Below, piece by piece: positions 38,888 through 48,828 of a DNA stretch of 64,000 nt. The position numbers were made by a program, and so were the translations under genes. Each line of letters starts with the position of its first letter. The stretch's first letter is position 1. The DNA is from Utricularia gibba (Eukaryota; Plantae; Magnoliophyta), in NCBI GenBank assembly GCA_002189035.1, contig NEEC01000002.1, positions 4,526,001-4,590,000 on the forward strand. The letters are read 5' to 3'. The notes beneath the pieces were generated by a model. That model was not told the origin of the DNA. It searched no databases and was given only the letters and a program-made list of their open reading frames with translations.

Positions 38888-38981
38888 TGTTGCAGATCAG
38901 CCTCAATCAAAAACTTGAAGGTGATCTCATAAGATTTATCTCTTTGTTCCTTACCAAGACATTATCTTCCTTGCATCAACA
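38888..38981 (+). repeat. copia-2 3' LTR, internally deleted to 94 bp
   Basis: Follows the poly-G PPT. Both ends match the 320-bp copia-1 LTR; the middle is missing between two AAGGTGAT copies. Confidence 0.85.
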
Positions 38982-38984
38982 CAT

Positions 38985-41430
38985 TGCTCCCTGGATCGAG
39001 AACTCCCTTCGAAATCGACGCTGCCTGTAGGCCCTACTCCTGCACCTCGTTTCGTTTGAAGACATTTGAGTAGCATTTCATCCAGAAAGCATGCTGTATA
39101 GTTGCCGCGGTCTGAGCTGAAAAGAGACATGGTCCATTCGTGGCTCTTGTCATCGCTGGTGATACACACCGAATGCTGATCTCAATGTATTGAGGTGACG
39201 GATAGCTGCACCGAGAAATGAGCTTTGGCAAGAGCGAGCGCAATGTGCTTGTGTTTAAAATTGATGCAAATGAGTTGATCGAGCATGGTAGGAGATTGGC
39301 TGCTCCCGCTTTTAGTGGTGCTTCGGAACGTGCGAGAAGATGAGGTTTCGCAGGAGTCCAGTCACGTCTAGCCTGGGTGCTTTATCTCGTGCTCGTCTGC
39401 AGAAGCTTTGTTACCGTTCGTGTGAAAACCTCGCTCATCTTCTCTCGTTCTGTGCTACTCGAGGGAGGAGGACTAGTCGTGTTGCCCCATTGGGGTGTGG
39501 CGGCAATCATCCATGTCTCTTGTTCTAAGGGTAGGCATACGGACCGTGGGTTTGCAAGAGTGCGGGTTTAGTGCGTAGAAGAAGTAAACTTGGATACCTT
39601 TGTGGATGTCAATTACCATCACTCGTTTCATACCAACAGGTTCAAGTATCGTTTATGTGGAAAGCTCCTTGGAAAGAGTTTTGAGCACGTCAACGGGTGA
39701 ATTCTATTTGGAATTGAAGGAGAACGAAAGTGAATGCTATTACGATTTCCATACCGCATACCCTGATAGGTTTATCATAAACCACAAGAAACATGGCTTT
39801 CTCGAGATGACACACCTCGTATGAAACCGACCAATCGTTCTTTTTGTGAAAACTACGATATGAAACCACGCATCTATTGGGTTTCTCGTAGACATCGTAT
39901 CTCTCAAAAGCAGTCAAATTTTTAAAATTTTTAGAAACCCCAAATGCAGATCTCCATACATCAGACGTAAGGATATTCAAAAAAGCTTTCAGATGACTCT
40001 TAGCACCATTTCCTAAACAATTTAGGCAATGGTGCCTAATCGACACCCACAAATAGGTTCTAGTAATCTCATTACATCAACGGTAAGAATCATTGCCTAA
40101 ACAATTTAGGGAACTCAATGTGTGCCAGCTTATCCGTATTTGTGATATCCTCATTTCATAAATACTCTAGCCAGGGAGTTTTCAGCTTGAACATAAATGC
40201 TCGAAAAATCTAACATTATGATCTCAAATGATATGAATTTGATGATATGAATTTGATCACAAATCAAAGTAAATATCAAAAGATAAGATTTGCCAATGAG
40301 TTGATTGTATCTAGAACACATACACTAACAGCATCTTGTGCAAAAATGTGGAGGACCACCCGTTTCTCATACCGCACTAAACCCCTTCCTACAACGTCTC
40401 CCTTGCTTCCATCAAACACGACACCACCTCCTTGAAACTTAAACGGTGTTTTTGTGTTGTAGAAACTTGTGAATGTTCAAATATTTGCCTTTTCGATTAT
40501 TGCCTTTCAACATTAGGTCTCAAAGTGGAACATGGTCTTCATATTCAGTACATCCTTGCACCCTATGTGCACCTTGTTCGAGAATCGACATTTGGGCTAG
40601 CCTATTAATTACACCTGCCCCGTAAATATGTGTACCCGTGCTTGTGTTGTTGTTTTCGTATGGTGTTGATGTGCCTGTAGTTGTATTATTCTCGTGTACG
40701 AATGGATTCGCAGCATAAATTGCCCCCACGCCTTCCACCATCTTTAATGTGGGTAAATATGTGCATATTGCATGCATGCCACAAAATTGCTAGCTGAATC
40801 AACCGGAAAATCTCTAGGAATGTTGGGATTAGTGTAGAAGAGTTTCTCCTTCAAGTTTCCATGAGCCTTCCCCCTCATCGTGCATCTTCCAATTGCACGT
40901 TTACCATTGGAATGGTCATCTTTTGCAACCTCCTCTCCTGCGTCCCAAACATCAGCATTCCGGGGGCCATCTCTCCTTCTCAAAATCGAGGCAACTTCAC
41001 TAACTGCAAAACAACAAGGATGTTGTGTTTCCAATCGCCTAGATCGATTCATGTGAGTTCGTATGCCCTCTTTTGAGAGGTCCGCACTCACTGTAGTGAG
41101 TGTCCGTATACAAAGGAACAAGATGCATTGCCTCTTCCCAAGTCGGAATGACAAAAACCCCAAAATGAAACACCAAAGCTCAAGTAATCAATGCATATTG
41201 AACTGGGTGTGCATTTGGTTATGTGTTCCCTCCCTATTCTTAGGCACTACCTATTGCGCAACTAGTAATGGGGAGCACCTCCAAGAGCCACAAAACAACA
41301 TCGAGAAGACTCTTATGCTCATGCAGACTCTTGTGTCAGGCTGCACAATGATTCCACTGTGAACCCGGTGGGTTGATGTACAAGGAAGTTTTGTGGTTCA
41401 TGAAATAAAAGGGGGAGCAGTATCTCGGCC
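38985..41430. repeat. Unclassified repeat X, longest copy (interrupted by a solo LTR at 39875-40330)
   Basis: 38992-39765 is homologous to 48066-48828; 39820-39874 joined to 40335-40432 matches the reverse complement of 3766-3920. Right extent inferred from composition. Confidence 0.7.
39875..40330 (-). mobile_element. Internally deleted solo LTR (Angela-like family) with TSD GCATC
   Basis: Minus strand TGTTAGTGTATGTG...CCCAATA; GCATC at 39870-39874 and 40331-40335. Removing it restores the X sequence seen at 3766-3920. Confidence 0.85.
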
Positions 41431-41434
41431 AAAT

Positions 41435-41574
41435 GGTTCCAGCGAACCGTCGGTTCCAAAACCGCGGTTCGCCATGGGCAACGGTTCCGGTTTCGGTTCG
41501 GAATTGTATCCGGAAGGCTTGAATTGAACCGAAATCGAGTTTTACGAACCGAACCGTAACCTGAACCACGGTTA
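41435..41574. repeat. AACCG/CGGTT motif array forming an imperfect inverted repeat (DNA-transposon subterminal-like)
   Basis: Mostly GGTTC/CGGTT motifs on the left and GAACC/AACCG on the right; arms ~41489-41505 and ~41522-41537. Confidence 0.7.
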
Positions 41575-42446
41575 CTGTTCATAGATGCTTTCCAGGCACC
41601 AATATGAATCCTTATGGGTGTCTGGAAGTATAATTTTTTAATAAATATTAAATATTTAAATATACTTTTTTTAAAAAAAATCAATATATTTATACGAAAT
41701 TTTTTTTTTCAACTATATTTCTAATAAATTATTTTTAGTTTAAATCTTTAATATTTCTGAGAAAATATTTTTTTTTTATTAAAAAGTAAATACATTCAAA
41801 GAATTTACTCTTATAGTTTCACAGAAAAATGAAACTTAACAATGTTATATTAACATCATCTGTAAAATTAGTAATTTGATGAGAGTTTAATATAATAATA
41901 TGAAATAAATAAATTTGGTATAACTTCAATATATAATAAATAATTTGGTATATGTTTAATATATAATATAATACGAAATAAGTTAATTTCACTAAAAATT
42001 AATAAATATTGTTATCATCCATTTTGTAATTCGTATGATTCTTTTTTATGTTCAATTTTATAATTAATAGAAAAAATATGATTCAGTTATTAAAAATATT
42101 AAGCGATACCTACGCATTAGATGATTTCGTAGGACGTATAAAAAAATGATACGAAATAATTTTCTAGTAACGGCACCTACTAAATAAGTACTTTGGTAGG
42201 AGACAGCCATAATAATACGAAATAATTCAATTTTACTAGAAAAAACAAATATTGTTGTTATCTCTTTTGTAATTTGTATGTTTGCTTTTTATGTTTAATT
42301 TTATGACTTTCATAAAAAATGTCAATTGGTTATTAGAAAATTAAGCGGAATGTGCGAAATAATTAGATTCTCACGATTGAAATATAATGCTATAAAATAA
42401 GTCAAATCTTTTGAAAAAAAAAACACAACATTGTTACTGACTCTTT

Positions 42447-43608
42447 TCATTTTCTTCCCTTTCCTTTGGGTCTTCCAATACCTCTTCTTTTATCTTTGCT
42501 TGTGCCCGCACTTGTAGAAGGTATGTATCTTTTTTGGGCCATTGCTATAACATCGTTTTCATTCAATTGAGCTTGCAATCTGTGAAGTTGTAATTCTTCT
42601 TCTAACACCTGTATTGTTTCATTCAGCTTCATTATTTCCAATTGAAAGTTGATAGATTTTTGTTGTCCAGCAATCAATTCATCGCCTTTCATCTTCAATT
42701 CAACCTTGTATACAGATTGTTGTGCTACCAAATCATCCAGTCTGTTTTTGTTTTTTCTGAATCTGAAACTTCAGATCTGTTATCTAAAGAAGAAAAAAAA
42801 AACTAAATTAGAAAACATAAAAAAACAACTAAATTAGCAAAATAAGTTTCATTTTTATTACCTCATTTTCCATCTATTGAATGTGTTTATATTGGTTTAA
42901 AATGAGTTCTTTGTCATATTGGCGTGCAACCGAGAGCTCCTCATTAATATACACTTCAGCCTCCTCATGAATAGGCACTTCATTCTTCTAATCTCCATTT
43001 TCTTGTTCAGAATTCTCCTACACAAAATTTTTTTATATTGTAAACCTTATTTATTTGAAGAGAAAATTAAAAATTTAAAAAATATTCCTACTTTATTTAC
43101 CAATTGTTCATTTCTATCGATGTTTAGTGGAATGGGTTGTTCATAAACAACAAGGTGATTACGATTTCGCCTTGATGTTGGTGCAGACCGCCACTCAACG
43201 ACACCATGAATGTTTCGAATTGCTGTCATATTGTTAAATAAGTAAGTAAAATAACATATTGGAAAAATAATGTAAATTAACAAGACTTACTTCGAATTTG
43301 AGCAGACTTCGGGATGATGTCTTCAGTCATATATCTTTTTAATGTATGTCTAGTTTCCTCATTCACATTGATTTTTTCAATACGACAATTTATAAAATCA
43401 TCCCCATGATATGTCAATAGATAATGCCTTGAGATTTCAAAAGATGTAGGTGGTACAATCCATAAAAGAAGTTTATCCCATCGTGCCACAGTTCTACGTA
43501 GGTTTTGAATAGGTAGCCTAAGACTAGCATCAAATGTTTTACGAGACACAAGCCAAGCATTGTCAACCAATCGGTTGGGATGAACTATTTAACACGAAAT
43601 CTATCCAT
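42447..43608 (-). CDS. Unrecognised spliced gene, ~260 aa: unknown N-terminal domain, coiled coil and AT-hook-like basic tail; two 1-bp indels in A-runs
   Basis: Coding exons 43608-43291, 43222-43092 and 42783-42447 with GT-AG introns and matching phases (1/1, 0/0) once the indels are corrected. UTR exon ends at 43847; TATA upstream. C-terminus KRRGIGRPKGKGRK*. Confidence 0.7.
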
Positions 43609-43952
43609 TCCCTAATCAATAAAGTATACATAATAAGAATGAAATTCTAAAAATAAGGAAATGGAAAATAGCAAAACAAATATGATATTAATGATGAAAA
43701 ATGCAGCTAAACCCAAATAAATACATAATTATATGAAAATATAATTTTTAATAACTAAACCCAACTTAATATATAACGCATACTGCAACAACCAATACAT
43801 AGAATACATTTCACAAAAATAATGTAAGTTGCAACAACAAGATTACCCGATTTTAAGTCGACGAATTCAGGGTTTTCAGGAGCGCGACGACACTGATAAG
43901 AAGAGCCTTTGTATGCAGCAAAAGGTGATGTAAACAAGGTAGGGTTGTATGC

Positions 43953-43960
43953 TTATATAG
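43953..43960 (-). promoter_or_regulatory. TATA box of the coiled-coil gene
   Basis: CTATATAA on the minus strand, upstream of a pyrimidine-rich UTR exon containing AAAACCCT and a G|GTAAT donor. Confidence 0.55.
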
Positions 43961-45272
43961 TGGACGCCAACTTTTTCAGAAAAAGCATATTCCATAAAAT
44001 AATTCACATCCATATATAGTCTAAATCAATTGTTTAAAATAATTAAAAAAATTGTGGCACCTACAAAATACTCATTGTTTGATGTGCCGTCCCAAATTTC
44101 AAATTTTCAGTATTTTCAAAATTATAAACGAAAAAGGTTATGGATATATTTCATTGACACCTACGCATTACGTGTGTTTGTATGTACCTTTTCAAAATCC
44201 AACTATTCTTACATTTTTTTTAAAAATGAGGAGAATTTATTAAACATTTAATTGTCCTCAACCCTTAATTAAACTACACATTTAAAATTTTAGTAGTTTT
44301 TGTTCATAGTAATGAAGTTTATCATCACCAATATTGTAATGTTAAAAATAATAAAAACCACATCTCTTTGCAAATATATGTTCAATATTTTTTTTATAAA
44401 GCATCATAATATTTGACATTTAAATTAGAAAACAAGATACATTAGTGTCTAATGTAAATGTGGATGATTATTTATAAACTTTAATGTTATTATATTGCCA
44501 TTGAATTATACATTTGTAATTTCATATTTTTGAACCAATTTTTTTAAATAGAAATTCGATACAAAAAATATTTTGTATCTAATGGACATCAATTTGAATT
44601 GTAAATTATTTAATAAACAATTCATTTACTAAACCCTAAGACCCTAAAAACCCTAAGCCACGAAGTGGAAATTTATGTTTTCTTTAATATAAATGATTCT
44701 TGATGATGACGTTTATCATCATAAATGTTTTAATGCGCTGAATATTTAAGGTAGAATTATAAAAATTAAGTTTTTTCACACAAGTATATGTATATTGCAT
44801 CTCAAATGTTTTCCTCTACTAAACGTCACAACATCCGAGGTGAAGTTAGAAAAGAACTTACATTCGTATCATATTTTTGCTAAAATTTTTTTAAATTAGA
44901 ATGTGATTGTACGTCAACAACATACTTATAATTTTTTGTTTTAGGATAAAATTATTTAAAATAATTATGCATGAAAAAATATTTTTTAAAATATGAATGC
45001 CAATTGTAATTGGAAATCATTTAATAAACAATTTACATCCGTAATCAAATTTAATAGTATTTTAATTTTTATGTATGTGCCGTCCCGGTAAATTAATTTA
45101 AAAAATCAAAATAAGCGCCATACAGTATAAATAAGTTGTTTCATAGGTATTGTCATTAATTTATTCATTTATTTTAAAATAATTTCAATGGCATAATCAA
45201 AATGTGACATTTAGTAAGTATCTGTCTAATTGAAAATAAGTGGGACGGCTTTTTAGAAATCATAGGCGCCTT

Positions 45273-46506
45273 CTAACAATCCTGTAGGCATGCATAATAC
45301 TCCCATAAGGCATGTACCTCACGTATGGGAGGCTGGCCTAATCGATTCTCATTAATATAACTTGGAACATCATTAGTATACCGTAACTCTTCAAAGAAAA
45401 TCCGCATCTCACCATCAACATTAAGTGATGCATCATCCCTATTAGTATGCGAATAGGGACTTAGAAAAACAGCATTATTTTCCTAAAAATTGAAGGGTTA
45501 GTTTTGATGTATAACCAAGTGTATGCAAGAGTATACTAGCAAAAAATGACTTACCGGATTTTTCATTGATTTGTGATGTGAATCGTCAATTAATAAGGTA
45601 TTGTGACAGCTATATATTGTGTTCAATCCATTGTTGACACCCATACACAACTCAACTCCTTCGTGTAAACCGTGTTGCTAGGATTGTTGTGAACACGTAG
45701 GCCGGTGTCCATCATCATGGTTTGGTCCCATACAAAAATGAGTTTGTCGAATAACGAAGGTGGAAAGACCCATTTAGTGATTGCTTGTAATTGCTCCGTA
45801 CAAAATAAATCACTTGCAAGTGTTTGCAATAATTATAAATACCAACAAAAAAAAAGATGCAGCACACGTACCCCCCACGGGATGACCATAAGGCTACATC
45901 AAAATTATCCAAACACCAACTAATAAAATCGCGGGCATGTGGACGTAGAAAGACTGCATAATTTGCACCAAAAGTTACCTATGATATCTCACAAATCATG
46001 AATCCACATAACACACAAAAATAAGTATTGTGTTAACGTACCTGATCGGCCATATATGATTTTATTTGGAGTGATTTGTGATCTTGACGCTCCAGCTCTG
46101 TAAACGATGTCTGCTAGCACACCATTTACATCAAAGATTATTAACTTTCGTTGAGTCTTAGAGGCACTAAAAGGAGGTCCGGTATATGCTCAACGACTCT
46201 CATACCAATCTAGCTTGTATCAAAACTCTTCATTCTCCTTTGTTATAAATTCAAGTCTGTCAACGACATCATCGGGACCATGTGTGAGCTCGTCACCTTC
46301 AACATCATTCCCATCGTGTGTCCTCTCATTCCTAGACAAGTCTTCATTCTTTTGGGAGACTCTATGATTTTTCAACAAACCACACCAATAGCGTTTTGTC
46401 CCCGGTGCATTCACAAATGGTGGTAAAATGTCAACAAAACTCCTTTCCATACTTGAGAAGAGGAGAATAAGATCTTGCATATCCCTCTTGGACAAGGTAT
46501 CAAATC
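45273..46506 (-). pseudogene. Plant NIF/FCP1-homology (HAD-fold) phosphatase-like gene, spliced, disrupted, 5' end missing
   Basis: Exons 46506-46042 (RKLIIFDVNGVLADIV), 45953-45872 (FLRPHARDFISWCLDNFDVALWSSR), ~45800-45555 (KLIFVWDQ...KEL..VW...NTLLIDDSHHKSMKNP) and 45482-45273 (NAVFLSPY...DGEMRIFFEEL...RLGQPPI..W.YY). Two in-frame TGA codons, one frameshift, and an uncertain exon-3 acceptor. Confidence 0.8.
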
Positions 46507-46566
46507 CTACAATAAAAGTAAATTTATTAACAATATATTCAACAAAAATATTGAATAAGAATATTC

Positions 46567-47974
46567 TGTTGGTGTATGTGTTGTAGAGACAATTAACTCA
46601 TTGACAGCCGTGCAAGTAAGCTTAGACTTGAGGTCAATAAAGTTATCTTGATCTTAAGCTCACATTTTCGCTCATTACTAATGGGAGCCTAACCATGGCT
46701 TGCCTAGTATGAATGAGTAGGGATGTGACTCCTTAATATTGGAGATAGTTGATTGATCAATAAAGTATCCATCACTCATGTTAGCGATGAGATCATATCT
46801 CAAGTAATTGCATCGAAGCCTAACAGTAAGTTCTGGACCCATGGTAATGACACTCGAACTGTTTGAGTAGGTCATTGGGTATTAGTGCTTGAATGCAATT
46901 ATAAGTTCGATACATCAAAAAGACACACAACCATGTTCTGGTACCGAATGAGATATAAGTATGATAAAAGCTGTTCATTGCATGGTGGCTGGTCATGGAA
47001 AGGCTCAATCAGTTCATCTGATTATTCTTTAATTTTGGGGATCATGATATGTTGCTAGACATCACTCATGATTGATAATGATGGATTTGATTAATTAAGA
47101 GTTAATTAATAAATCCATTATTACGGCCTTGATTGACGAAGCCTATAGGGTCACACACAATAGTGGAGTCACTCATCGATATAAAATAGAATGACACAAT
47201 TATATGAGATGTAATTGGTACAATGGATACTAGAACATGGGTGTATATCTTTCTGATGTATCGAACTTATAATTGCATTCAAGCATTAACACCCAATGAC
47301 CTACTCAAACAGTTCGAGTGTCATTACCCTGGGCCCAGGAGTTACTGTTAGGCTTCGATGCAATTACTTGAGATATGATCTCATCGCTAACATGAGTGAT
47401 GGATCCCTTATTGATCAATCAACTATCTCCAACCTTAAGGAGTCACATCCATACTCATCCATACTAGGCAAGCCATGGTTAGGCTCCCATTAGTAATGAG
47501 CAAAAATGTGAGATTAAGATCAAGATAACTTTGTTGACCTCAAGTCTAAGCTCACTTGCACGGCTGTCATATTCGAGATCTTGCTATTGACACTTGGTTA
47601 GCTTCCCATAGTAGCATCTCGAAGATGAGTCATCCAGTGAATCGATTCTCTAATCGACACCCACACATAGGTTCTAGTAATCTCATTACATCAATTGTGA
47701 GAACAATTGCCTAAACTGTTTAGGGAACTCAATGTGTGCCAGGTTATCCATATTTGTGATATCCTCATTTCACAAATACTCTAGGTAGGGAGTTTTTAAC
47801 TTGATCATGAGTGCTTGAAGAATCTCACATTATAATCTCATCATAATTTCTATAGCACACATAGATCAAGTAAAGGATTTTATCAATGATATAAATTTGA
47901 TCACAATTCAAAGTAAATATCAAAAGATAAGATTTGCCAATGAGTTGATTGTCTGTAGAGCACATACACTAACA
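46567..47974. mobile_element. Two Angela-like LTR fragments in inverted, inward-facing arrangement (46567-~47222 on +, ~47228-47974 on -)
   Basis: Outer ends are both LTR 5' ends (TGTTGGTGTATGTG / CACATACACTAACA). Shared segments ~46603-46945 and ~47228-47570 are reverse complements. No TSD. Confidence 0.8.
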
Positions 47975-48828
47975 CCATACCACCATGTGGTACTCCGTTT
48001 TTCCCTGGATACCCAAGGAACGCCGAATGGTCACCCACTCCTGAAATCTTGTTCTTCAGGTCAGATGGATTGAGAACCCCCTTGCAAATCGACGTTGCCA
48101 GTAGGCCCTACTCCTGCACCTCATTTCGTTTGAAGACATTTCATCCAGAAAGCATGCTGTATAGTTGCCGCGGTCTCAGCTGAAAAGAGACATGGTCCAT
48201 TCGTGGCTCTTGTCATTGCTGGTGATACACACGTAATACCGGATGCTGATCTCAACGCATTGAGGTGACGGATAGCTGCACCGAGAAAGGAGCTTTGGCA
48301 AGAGCGAGCGAAATGTGCTTGTGTTTGAAGTTGCTGCAAATGAGTTGATCGGGCATGGTAGGAGATTGGCTGCTCCCGCTTTTCGTGGTGCTTCGGAACG
48401 TGCGGGAGGATGAGGTTTCGCAGGAGTGCAGTCACGGATAGCCTGGGTGCTTTATCTCGTGCCCGTCTGCAGCAGTTTTGTTACCGTTCGTGCGAAAACC
48501 TCGCTGATCTTCTCTCGCGCCGTGCTACTCGAGGGAGGAGGACTAGTCGTGTTGCCCCATTGGGGTGTGGCGGCAATCATCCGTGTCTCTTGTTCTAAGG
48601 GTAGGCATACCGACAGTGGGTTTGCAAGCATGATGCACAGAAGAAGTAAACTTGGATCCTTTTGTGGATGTCAATTTAGCATCACTCGTTTGATACCGAC
48701 AGGTTCAAAAATCGTTTATGTGGAAAGCTCCTTGGAAAGATTTGTGAGCACGTCGAGGGGTGAATTCTATTTGGAATGGAAAGAGAACGAAAGTGAATGC
48801 AATTACGATTCCCATACCGCATACCCTG
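47975..48828. repeat. Unclassified repeat X, second copy
   Basis: Same orientation as and clearly homologous to 38985-39765; cut on the right by the Athila LTR. Confidence 0.8.

Larger units (their letters stand above)
23285..38981 (+). mobile_element. Ty1/copia element (copia-2, same family as copia-1), 5'-truncated, interrupted by CRM-A at 24397-37916
   Basis: 23285-24090 matches the reverse complement of copia-1 1-790. RT reads ...VFLAISAAH | GWKVHHMDVKTAFLN across the insertion. RNase H (WFSKKQ..AQSTAEAEY), a poly-G PPT and an LTR follow. Confidence 0.9.

Noticed and set aside
39761-39770. Two LTRs inserted at the identical site (CATACCC|TG) in both X copies, suggesting site-specific integration
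   Set aside because: In the first copy TGATAGG... is the continuation of X itself, not an LTR start. Only the copy at 48828 has an insertion there.
41258-41290. Helitron 3' end on the minus strand (GGAGGTGCTCC...CTAG|T)
   Set aside because: The stem is only 4 bp and lies inside repeat X; no matching 5' TC end or RepHel sequence was seen.
38985-41430. Repeat X as a LINE (endonuclease-like SFVYG, DHVPL and PFKFQ words)
   Set aside because: The motifs lie in different frames with poor spacing and no RT motifs were found; too weak to call.
44631-44656. Interstitial telomere (AAACCCTAA-like x3)
   Set aside because: Only three degenerate units; such telo-box-like motifs are common in plant TEs and promoters.
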